From: Takakia lepidozioides
Lineage: Eukaryota; Plantae; Bryophyta
Assembly (NCBI GenBank): GCA_030704615.1
Contig: CM060732.1
Coordinates: forward strand, 27,776,001-27,840,000
Length of the DNA stretch: 64,000 nt
Direction of reading: 5' to 3'
In this document: one piece after another, positions 53,044 through 64,000 of the stretch
Layout: each line of letters starts with the position of its first letter
Position numbering within the stretch: the first letter of the stretch is position 1
Program-made: the position numbers and the translations under genes
The notes under the pieces: model-generated
Told to the model about the DNA's origin: nothing
The model's input: only the letters and a program-made list of their open reading frames with translations
Databases searched by the model: none

Positions 53044-56000
53044 TGTTGGAAATCAACTCTTGACCAAGTTACTACTACCTAGAGTTACTGTGATAACAAG
53101 TCAGGCTTTCATAATAGCAGTGCTGACAAGTCACAGTTAACGTTAGAGATAAGCCTCAGTTAGCTAAAAGATAGCTAAAGTCAGCTTCAGTTATTAGTGA
53201 CTCAAGTCATTGTACCAGAATAGCAGATGGAGATAGCTTAAGTAAAAGCATAAAGTTATGCTATAGGTATCTCAGCTATTTCTGGATTAGACTTTGAGTA
53301 TAAATAGGGAGAGCTCGGAGGGTGGACACACAGCTTGTTGTGGTCCTATGGTTGGGTGGAGAGTTCTTAGTAATCAGTTCATATTTTGTCTCTATTCTCT
53401 ATCGAATTCCAACATGGTATCAGAGCAAGGTTCTGTCTAAGAGATAGAAAGAGATGAGTATTTGATTTACAACCAATAGGCCTTGAGTGCTTGGGTTTAA
53501 ATCTGAAAGCTTGAATGCTTGGAGTTGAGTGCTTGGTGTCAGATCTGAAAGCTTGAGTGCTTGGAGTTAGATCTGAAAGTTTGAGGGTGTTTTATAGTTG
53601 GCAAAACATCAAACTAGTATCATGGCACATTCTGCTGATCATACCCGAGTTGAGAAGTTAGATAGTCACTTATATGCACGTGACTGCTTCAAGAAAAAGC
53701 TAGACGATGAGAAAAAGAAGAGGTTTCATAATGAGGTTTCAGCATTGGCTGAAAAGACTGAACTTCTTGTTGTAGCTTTGTCAATCTCTACGAGTTGCAG
53801 AGATGTATGGTTCATTGATTCAAGGGCATCTCAACACATGACGTTCCAGAAGAAAGCATTCACTCTCTGTGGGACACAAGGTGTATCTTGGAGACAACAG
53901 TACTAATTTTAATATCCATGGAAAATGTACTGTTGTGTTTCAATTATCATCTGGAGTGTCGAAGGAGATCGGAGGAGTTCTCTTTGTTCCTGGATTGACA
54001 AAGAACCTATTGTCAGTTAGTCAGCTAATTGAGCAAGGTTTTACGGTTGAATTTTCTACCAATCATTGCTGGGTGAAGTTTGATAGTGAAGTGATAGCTG
54101 AGGCAGTGAAAGATGAAAGATTGAACAAGCTGGTTGGGGTTGTCCAGGCTTTACAAGAGTGTACTACTACTCTCAAGAAGAGTGACCTCTGGCATCAGAG
54201 ACTTGGACATGTCTCAATGCAAAGTTTGGCATGCATGTCAGCTAACAATCTGGTTAAGGGCATGGATCTTACAGGAGATCGGATCTTGAGTTTTTGTGAC
54301 GGATGTGTGTACGGTAAATACCATCGCAACTCATTTCCAAATGATGGAGGTTCTCGAACAAATAAGGTTCTTAAGCTGGTTCATACAGATCTATGCGGTC
54401 CTATGTCAACTGAATCTCATGGAGGTGCAAAGTATTTCTTGACCTTCATTGATGATTTTTCCAGGAAAACATTTCTCTATACAATCCAAAACAAGTTTGG
54501 AATTCTTGATAGGATCAAGGCATTCAAAGCTTTGGTGGAGAATCAAACTGGAGAAAAAATCAAAGCTCTTCGGTGTGATGGTGGTGATGAGTACATCTCA
54601 AAGAACTTTAACAAGTTCTGTAGGGAGAATGGTATTGTGAAACAATCAACCACACTATATACACCAGAACAGAATAGAGTTGCAGAGAGGAAGAATCGAA
54701 CATTTGTTGAGAGTGTGAGGTGTATGTTGCAACACATGAGGTTGGACCACCGTTTTTGGGCAGAAGCAGTGGCGACTGCAGCATACCTCTAGAATCGACT
54801 TCCTACTAAAGCAATATCTACAAAGACACATGAAGAGGTTTGGAAGGGTGAGAAACCTTCAGTTGATCATTTGTGCGTCTTTGGGTGTATTGCATTTGCC
54901 CATGTTCTAAAAGAAGTAAGGAAGAAATTGGATGCAAAAGCATATCTTCATTGGTTATTGTGAAGAAACCAAAGGGTATAAGTTGTATAATCTTGAGAGC
55001 AAGTATGTGATCATCAGTCGTGATATGATATCAAATGAGTCCATGAACTTTCATCAGGAAACAGTTGTTCCAAGTTACTATATGGACCATGCAAAAAAAA
55101 AAAACTTGGCTCTAACACATAAAGATAAAATGGAAGAAAAGATTGTTGAAGAGATAGTTGAGGTTCAAATGGAAGAGGTACAATTTACTATGATTGAAAA
55201 ACCCTCAAAGTTATCTTCTGCATATTTCATTGACAGTGATGTACCTCAAAGTGTGTCAGATGCAATGAGAAGTGGGAACTCTTCATACTGGAAGGAAGTT
55301 ATGGCATCTGAGTTTAAGTCTATCTAGGATAATAAGACTTGGACTCTTGTTCAACTTCCATTTGGACGACAGTCTATTGGCTGCAAATGGATTTTTAAGG
55401 TTAAGTACAATGCAGATGGTTCTGTAGCAAGGTACAAATCGCGCTTGGTTGCAAAGGAATTTTTGCAAATTAAAGGTATTGATTACAATGAAACCTTCTC
55501 CTCTGTTGCACGGATGGAGTCAATTCGAGTGATTCTAGCGTTTGCTGCTGTTGAAAATCTTGAGGTACATCAGATGGATGTATGTACAGCTTTTCTCAAT
55601 GGAGATCTTATGGAAGAAATATACATGGACCAGCAGGAGGGATTTGATGTAAAAGGGAAGGAAATAATGGTGTGTAAGCTCCTCAAGTCCTTGTATGGTT
55701 TGAAGCAATCCTCTAGGGCATGGAATGCTAAGATTGATGCATATTTCATGGCTGAAGAGTTTGAGATGAGCTCTGTTGATTATAGTGTTTATTATAAGAG
55801 GGCTTATGGAAACTTTTCTGTGATTATAACATTGAATGTTGATGATCTGATCTTGGTCTCTAATGACTTGACCCTATTGAAACACATACCTAATGTCAAT
55901 ATCTCAAATGAGATTGAGATAATGGTTGTGTGATCATAACAAATTGATTTTGTTGAAATAAAGACAAAGTGATATCTCAAAGAGATTTGAGATGGTGGAT

Positions 56001-57450
56001 CTGAAAGAGATCATGTGATCATGTGTTAATAATCAGTCTTTGTTGAAAAGACAAAGTGATATCTCAAAGAGGTTTGAAATGGTGGATCTGAAAGAGATCA
56101 TGTGATCATGTGTTAATGATCAGTCTTTGTTGAAAAGACAAAGTGATATCTCAAAAAGGTTTGAGATAGTGGATCTGAAAGAGATCATGTGATCATGTGT
56201 TGATCAGGCTTTGTTGAAAAAGACAAAGTGATATCTCAATGAAGTTTGAGATGGTGGATCTGAAAGAGATCCAGTACTGCTTAGGGATATCGGTATCACG
56301 TATTCGACAAGACCGAGCGATTTACCTGAACCAGCGTAAGTATCTTGAAGATATCTTAAGGCGTTTTGGTATGGTTGAAAGTATGCCGGTAAATACCCCA
56401 AATTGCAAACTCTAAAAAGAGATGAGTCCTAAGAGTGCTGCAGACTTGAAGACAATGAGAGATGTTCCCTATCAGAGTGCTATAGGAAATCTCATGTATG
56501 CAATGGTTTGTACAAGGTCAGATATTGCACAAGCAGTGGGGGTTGTAAGCCAATTTGTGACAAACCATGGGTAACTCCATTGGGTTGCAATAAAGCGGAT
56601 TTTTCGTTATCTACGAGGCACACTGGACTATGGTTTGTGCTTGAGAAAGAACAATGATAATGTTCAGTTGGATCAAGTGGGTTCATATGGTATCTCAGAT
56701 AGTGCTTGCAAAAGCACAGAGTTATACAAGTATTGGTCGTCCACAAAGGGATACCATGGTCATATATGATGACAACCAAGGATGTATTGCTCTCTCAAAG
56801 AATCCAATGTTTCATGCTCGCACAAAGCATATTGAGATTCATCATCATTTGGTACGAGAGAATGATGGAAATTCGGCCCCGTTTTTCCATCCGGGGGATG
56901 ATCTCTGGCAGCCACGTGTTGATCTCAGTTAAGCTGGAGTTGTCAAACTTGTATATTACAACGCCAACAACATGGTTGCAGACATACTGACAAAAGAACT
57001 TAGTGTTTAAAAGCTTGAACGCTTTCGAAGCTTAATGGGAGTAGTCAAGTGCTTAACTTGGTAACTCGTTGAGTGGGGGTGTAGGAAGTCAATTCTTGAC
57101 CAAGTTACTACTACCTAGAGTTACTATGATGACAAGTCAGGCTTTCGTAATAGCATTGCTGACAAGTCACAGTTAACATTAGAGATAAGCCTCAGTTAGC
57201 TAAAAGATAGCTAAAGTCAGCTTCAATTATTAGTGACTCAAGTCATTGTACCAGAATAGCAGATGGAGATAGCTTAAGTAAAAGCATAGAATTATGCTAT
57301 AGTTATCTCAGTTATTTCTGGATTAGACTTTGAGTATAAATAGGGAGAGCTCGGAGGGTGGACACACAGCTTGTTGTGGTCCTATGGTTGGGTAGAGAGT
57401 TTTCAGGAATCAGTTCATCTTTTATCTCTATTCTCTATCGAATTCCAACA
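53044..57450 (+). mobile_element. Ty1/Copia LTR retrotransposon (defective)
   Basis: 371-bp LTRs 53044-53414 and 57080-57450 (TG...CA); PBS TGGTATCAGAGC (tRNA-iMet); PPT GAGTGGGGG; TSD AACCG/AACCT; PR WFIDS, INT WHQRLGH/VHTDLCGP, RT QMDVCTAFLNG/KSLYGLKQ, RH RTKHI; gag mostly deleted. Confidence 0.95.
55950..56270. repeat. ~87-bp tandem repeat x4 inside the Copia RT
   Basis: ttgttgaaaagacaaagtgatatctcaaag...ggatctgaaagagatc starts at ~55950, 56040, 56127 and 56211. Confidence 0.9.
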
Positions 57451-57970
57451 AACCTATGGCCAATGTAATGGGATGGGGGAGTGTTCCCGGGGTTTGTAGC
57501 CCCAGATGTCGTTATCAGAGCTACGATAGCGAAAGAAAACTTGCCACGTGGTGCAATATGGCAAACTCTCTTGATAAGTGAATGGCCAAACCCTATGAAA
57601 TGTTGGGTGGAAGCTATCATACGACCCCATGTGGGATTACGTGTAAGCTCCCGACCCAGGGGAGCTCACGTGTGACCGCCGCATACCCCTGATTCTGCTC
57701 TATAACCCGCCCCATAAAGCTAAAGAATTTGAAGGGCTTTACGTTATTAGTTATTACAATTTAAGGGCCTCAGTCCCCTTTCTCAAAGAAAAAGAAAGAG
57801 AAAAAGGTGGCAGATTGGTGCGGGATTGGTGGCAGGCAGCTCAGAGGGCGTTGTGGGTCCGTGTAGAGTCGCGGCAGCCTCATTTCTCGGAGCTTGGAGC
57901 CCGAGGAGAGAGGGTGAGAGAGATGCGGTGATTTGGACTGGTAGGAGCCGTGTGAATGACTTGAGAAAGC

Positions 57971-59028
57971 ATGGCGATGGTGGACGCGCCGTCGTACCCC
58001 GTAGCAAGTCTGCTAGATGAACTCAAGAACGATGATATCCAGCGGCGCCTCAACTCTGTCCGGCGGCTCCCCACAACAGCAAAGGCGCTGGGAGAGTATC
58101 GCACACGCAATGAGCTCATCCCTTTACTGAGTGAGATAATCGACGACGACGACGAAGTGTTGCTGGCTATGGCTGACGAGATGGGAGTTTTCGTACCCTA
58201 TGTTGGTGGGGTTGACCATGCACACGTGCTATTACCTCCTCTGGAGTCTCTGTGCACGGTGGAAGAGACAGTGGTGAGAGATAAGGCCGTGGAATCCCTG
58301 TGCAAGATTGGTGCACAGATGAAGGAGCGCGATGTGGTGGATTGGTTTATACCACTTGTGAAGGTGAGGGCTCTTTGTCTCTGTTGTCATTTAGAGTTCT
58401 GGTTGTCTTCGATTTTATAAAGGCGTGCAGATGAATTAGGGTTTGGCATGCTCAGGTCTTTGAAGTGGCCTATTCACGACATCTGGAGCAGTGAAGCCAT
58501 TTCCTCGGCTATTGAAGGCTGGTATGGCTATGATTTTGCGTACTGTATTTGTGTTGGTCGCAATGCAGGAGCAACCAAGCTATCTCGCTCTGGACTCTCA
58601 TGTAAATAATCTCTTGAGCCGAGAATAATCTATCAATATGTTATTCTCAGGATGGCGGTTTTAGTATGTTTGGTGACCCTCAGGGATATTCTTTGTAGTT
58701 CAACTCTTTCCGCCACCTTTGACGTCCAACTTCAATGCCATCTAATAATTTTCTCCTTGGTGATTTCATTCGTGGGTACAGAGACTTGGATCTGGAGAAT
58801 GGTTCACAGCACGGGTGTCAGCTTGTGGGCTGTTTCACATTGCGTACCCGAGTGCTCCTGATCCTCTTCGTGCAGAGCTACGTTCCTTGTATAATCAGCT
58901 TTGCCACGATGACACGTCCATGGTTCGGCGAGCTGCTTCCCTCAACCTGGGGAAGTTTGCATCGACTGTTGAACTGCCGTACTTGAAGTCTGACATGATG
59001 ACCTCCTTCAGGGATCGCACTCAAGAGG
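57971..59028 (+). CDS. PP2AA: PP2A scaffold subunit A, N-terminal 213 aa only (exons 57971-58363, 58782-59028)
   Basis: DELKNDDIQ, DDDDEVLLAMA, LLPPLESLCTVEETVVRDKAVESL, EWFTARVSACGLFHIAYP, MVRRAA; no later PP2A exons found. Confidence 0.85.
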
Positions 59029-59733
59029 GTACATTCTTACAACCCCTACTGAATTTGTAGACCTAGCCATGGCAAAGTTGAAGGGAAGTCACACCTCTCA
59101 AGGTAGCCAGGGAAATTTGTCATAACTCCCGTCTCCTGATGACAGCCTCCCAAATGTTGCTTTCTACTCTGAGACCCTCTGCACATGCTAGGCTGGCCTT
59201 CACATTGATTACTTCGACAGCTTTTGTAACAGTGAAGCTACCTGCAGTGAAAGTCCCTTGAGTGGTGACGATTGCGTTGTACTGGGCTCTTGTTTTGTTT
59301 GTGACCAGAAAGATTAAGTTGTTGGTAGCAATTGTAGTTATTCAAGACTGAGTGTAAGCCAGCTACGTTGCAACCTGGTGGGGAGAAAATGCACAAGTGT
59401 ATTTGTTAAGGCCTACAAAGAGCATATCTGGGTGTCTCTATTTATTTTTGCTTTGTTAATAACTGTAAATGAATATCCCCTAAATCGTTGCTACATCTGG
59501 GAAAGGGGAGGCAAAGTTGTTTTTCATTTGTTGCTCAGCAATGCTTTCGTATAAGAATACTTGCTCTATGTTGAAGGTCATTTGGCAATTTTCTCCTGCA
59601 GGTGACTCTGGCTTTTAGTACATTCAACTAGGAGCTTATTATGCTAGGGGGGTTCCTCTACCTATTAAAGTCTTCTGCCTGTGTAAGTCCACATTATTCT
59701 TATTTACTCATCTATAAAGGGTTGGTTGAGCAG

Positions 59734-62700
59734 GTGTTGCCTCACTGCCAACAGAGCTGCAAAGAAACTATATGCATTTACAGGAGCTTGACCAGCAATT
59801 TCAGTGTAAGTCATTGAGGTGGACCCTGATTCGTGTGTCTCCTGAACTGTGGTCAGAGAGCTGAGAGCAGTTCCGTTGGCTTTCTTCTGTATCCTTTTGA
59901 GAGGAGAGGCAACTGCCGCCCTGGTCCCTTGTAGTCTTGTGAGTGAGATCAAGCAATGATGGAGCCTCTACATGTATGTACTGTCGGGGTCCTGGTCTCT
60001 TCATCCACCAATGCATGCTCATTCTATCTCTGTTTCTCAGGGTGGTTCCATGTATAAGCTCAAAAGTCCTGTGTCAAGGCGCAATCCTATTTCTACTTAT
60101 TCGTGCATGCAAGTCATGTAGGGACAAGAAGATAGGGATGCTCAAACACGTGAATGTTTTGTGAACAGCACTGCAAGAGCAAATGCAACAGAGATGTGCT
60201 CAAGGACTGGATGAAGTGATGAAGGCGGTGGAGGGTGGGGGCACAGCTCCTGATACAGTTGCCCTCCATTATTCAACTGAGATTGGCAACGCCCACAAGG
60301 CGTGCCTCGATATTGCTGATGAAAAAGTGGCATTGGCTGTGCAGACTTATGATCTGGTATGCAGTGAAAGGAACAAAACTCTTGAAGAAGGGACTTGAGA
60401 TTTTTTGATATAAGTGAAATTTTACAAACTTAAATCTTTTTGCTTGCCTGGCTATTTCATTACATTGGATAACATATGCTCCTTCATTTCCCATGTCAAT
60501 CTGTCCATAGGATGTTCTGAGTACTTAAATCTGTTGTGTTCTGAGTGGAGTTCTTTGTCATAGATTTTTCCCCCTCAATACTAGGTAGATGATGTTTTGC
60601 TGTTACCTGCTCCAATGCTCACTAACAGTAGTTCCACTTCCAAGTGCAAATCTATAGAGAGGGTGTCCCTCTTATAAACACTCAGATATTATCCTGGGCT
60701 TCAAATATAGTAGTGTAGTGGGTGGCCAGAGTGAGGCAGAGGTTACACGTCAGTAAGGAGTGTTATAATGAAGGTAGCAAATATGTTACATGCTGAGTGC
60801 AAGCTCTGGATTCAGTATAATCTCTTCCTGACTGCAGCCTGAGAAGATGGCAATGTTGACAAGTATAGGGTGGTATTGCAGGTGGATAGTCATATTCAAC
60901 GATTAGACAAAGATCTGAAAAAGTTTGAAGAGGAGATCAGAAGAGGTCACTCTCTCCCTTGGTTCCTCTTTTACAATACTGGGTGATGTTTTTTAGATCA
61001 TCCATGTATGTCCATGGAGCCTGTTACCCAAGTGAGTTAGTTCCTTTTTATTGTTATGGGGACCGGGCACCTGCACAGATCCTGATTTTCAGCTGCTCAG
61101 GCATTCTGCTTTCAACAGGAATGGTTTTTCCACAAATTCTTTGACATCTGAAAAACTCTTTATTTGTGTAGGCGATCAGTTAACCTGTTAGCCTGCCTTG
61201 CAGCTGGATGACCTCTTGACTGGAATATATGCTATGTGGACCTTAAAGTCTCTGCAGGAAGAATTTGGTCACTAAATGGCTCTGGTTGTAAACCCAGCCA
61301 TTAGGAAACACCTGCCTAGTGATGGTCTGCCACTATTATCTGGCTGCTGTGGACCGACCACACAACCATTTTGGAAGATGTCTTTCCACCTTGACTGTGA
61401 TGGTGCCATGTTGATATTTGTACAAGCAAAGTGTCTCGAAGTGGTGTGATTTGGTTTTTCCTTGCATTGATTCATTCCTTGGTTAAGTGCAGATAGGGAG
61501 GCGGCTGGAGGTGGTATCACACCATCAGAGGTTGCAGAAGGTGTCAGGCGAGTAGCTGGTAGAGAGGGTGGTGAGGGCACAATGGGGGGTCGCAAAAAGT
61601 ATGGCATTCTACTCATCTCTTGTTTTTGGGGGGACCACTGGATGTGGTTTTTGACTGAGAGAGCTGTGATGTTATCACTGGATTTGTTCTCTCTGAAATA
61701 CAACTTCTGAGCATATATGCTGTCCGTCTTCTGATGCTGATATTTTGTGTGGAATCGCACCTGAGTTTATTAAGCTTGGAAATCATCCATGCACAGCAAA
61801 AAAGAGATTGAACTCATTGTTTGAATTCCCTTTATACCAATATATAGCTTGAATTGTCAACTCCTCTCTGATGATGTGCTCTGGTTATGTAAATTTGCAG
61901 AGGACAAGTTGCACCCACAAATGTGAACATGGACTTAGATCTGCCAGTGGACCCCAATGAGCCCACATATTGCTACTGTACCCAGGTCTCCTATGGGGAG
62001 ATGATTGCTTGTGATAATCCTGAGGTTTGTGAAAATTACCTCCTCTCGAAGTGGTTTAAGTCCGTGATCTTTTGTGCTGTTGGACTAGAGATGAATGGTC
62101 TTCTTATGTTTGTTAATTCTATGGACTTACAAGGGAGAGTCTGTAGTCCGTCTGCTTTTGGCATTGTGAGTTTTACACATGCCAAATCGCGAAGGGTAGC
62201 ATGGCCAGATTGTGGAAGGCCTTGGGGTTAGGTCAGCGCATGGGCCCTTGGTGGAGTTTATGCAATGCACCACACCCAGCCTTAATTCCATGGGCAGGGA
62301 CTTCTTAAGGGTCCATAAGAGGAAGTGATGGAGGGCAGATGATCTGTCTGTCTGTCTGTCACTTTTTAGCTTCGACAGTGGTCTTCCGGGGCCAGGGAAA
62401 AAATGTGGAGGATGGTTTACAGCCTGTATGCGACCACCATCAGTTGTGTTATGGTCAATGGTCAGAACTCTTATTTCTTTGACGTTGACCAAGTTGTAGC
62501 TGAAGGTTGTAACTTGTAACCTCTTCCCACTGCTCTTCAATGTTTATTAATCAGCTACTTGAAGATGTGGAAAGCGAGGGATTTGGGTTGAGGGTGGGTG
62601 ATGCCACCTTACTGCAAACATAACTTTGTGGGCCTAGGAATACCTCATCCAATCTTCAGGAGTTCAGTGATTGGGCAAAGAGGTACCTTGACCTCTGGAG

Positions 62701-64000
62701 GCTAGAAGCCAATGTTAGTAAATATGCAGTGGTGGCCTTCAACGATCGTGGGAAGGGAGGAGGGGATCTCAAATGGACATGGTGCAGTGAAGAGGTCCTT
62801 GTGCTCCCTTCCTACACATATCTTGATGTTGAATTTTCCTCCAGTAACTGGGATGTGCATACAGAAAGTGGTTCAAACAGCTAAACACGAAGCTTTGGGT
62901 CTGCTTCAAATTTCCAAGAGGGATTAATACTGAAATTAAAAGGAGCGTGCTTTGCAACATTATTAGGCCTATCATGGAGTACACATCTGCCGTTTGCGAA
63001 GACAACTCCAACCGTGCTAAGACTTTGGACCCATTCAGCTTTGTTTCTCAAAGAGAGCATGCCAGCATGCTCTAGAACAGCTAATGTGGCTGTTCGGGCT
63101 GAGTTTGGCATTGAGCTATGGACGTTGGGAGTTCAATGTCAGATGTTGGTGTCAGTTGAAGTGCATGCCTGATACCAGATACCCTAAGATGATCAATATT
63201 ATTTCTTGGAAGCAAGACCATCCTGTTAAGCAGGCTGCGTCCTGGCGGAAAAGTGTAGAGGAGATTTTCAATTACCTGAATGTTAGGCAGGAAGAATTGA
63301 TCCTGCTAGATGAAGCTGACTTGGAGGCTGAAATGTCCAAGGCCATGTCTGAACAAAATGAAGTTAGGCATAAAACTTCCCTGAACTTGTTCCTAGTTTG
63401 TGAGATAGGTGAGGATCTTGAGGATGACCTGAAGGGCTTGGCACTAGACTGCAATTTAAACTCAGGAGCGGCATTAAGGGATTTGTGCCTGTACCTCTGT
63501 TTACCAACTTGGAAAATCTTGGCTGAGCCAAAAGCTCAGGCCTTTTGGGGCCTAATTAGTTGGGCAAATCACACACAGCAGATTGATGCTTGTGTAAAGG
63601 GATTTCTAGAGGATATCTGGAAAACTCGGATCAATTGTCTGTCGCAAGGTAAGTCATACTACCGACGTCAGGCCCTGACAAAGGTAGTTTCTGTCCCTTT
63701 GTGTGGGCTTGGGGTCAACTGCCACAAGGCTACAGCAAGCAACGGCTTATGATACATTCTCTCTCTCTCTCTCTCTCTCTAGTAAACTTTGGCCACAAGG
63801 CTATGGTAAACTATGTTTATGAGTGCATTCTCTAGTAAACTTCCTGGAAGCATCTTGAATGGATGGTGTGCTTCTCTCTGGCAGTGTAAAATCGAGTGGT
63901 TTCACTTTGACTGCGTGGGAATTAAGAAGCGGCCTAAAGGCAAATGGTACTGCACGGATTGTTCTGCACTAATGAAACGACGTCGAGCCAAGGTGCCCAT
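59734..64000 (+). CDS. ING1: ING1 PHD-finger protein (exons 59734-59805, 60169-60356, 60882-60945, 61493-61598, 61901-62024, 63885-end)
   Basis: [10 protein letters not shown]...[44 protein letters not shown]...[18 protein letters not shown]...KGKWYC; in-frame GT-AG joins. Confidence 0.92.
62620..63760 (+). mobile_element. Degenerate LINE in the last ING1 intron, same family as 952-1796
   Basis: [21 protein letters not shown]...[20 protein letters not shown]...HKATA shared with the first copy; followed by (CT)n. Confidence 0.85.

Noticed and set aside
55950-56270. CRISPR array
   Set aside because: Eukaryotic context, no unique spacers, and the repeats derive from Copia RT

Overview
This is eukaryotic, TE-rich DNA from a land plant, probably a non-seed plant. 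The evidence is TTTAGGG repeats, an HAD-type GPAT, PLS-class PPR remnants and GT-AG introns. Host genes are an intact 3-exon GPAT4/6/8-like gene (-), an apparently chimeric PP2A-A(N-terminal)::ING1 gene (+, running off the window end), a Crinkler-like REase-kinase ORF and PPR pseudogene fragments. The standout is a 12.2-kb Ty3/Gypsy insertion (6669-18824). Its now-disrupted polyprotein reads Gag-protease-DNMT3-like C5 DNA methyltransferase-RT-RNaseH-integrase-PHD finger. It has no tRNA PBS but a probable self-priming site, carries captured LUC7 and RPL8 fragments, and sits in the genome as a permuted inversion circle opened precisely at an LTR-internal GACA|GC|TGTC palindrome with a 4-bp TSD. 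Other TEs are a MULE-like/SWIM transposase pseudogene, an RNaseH+RLE (Dualen/RandI-like) LINE, a Copia with both LTRs, a CACTA right arm, chromovirus, L1 and RTE-like LINE fragments, and tRNA-derived SINEs. All calls are from reading the sequence by eye; no searches were run.
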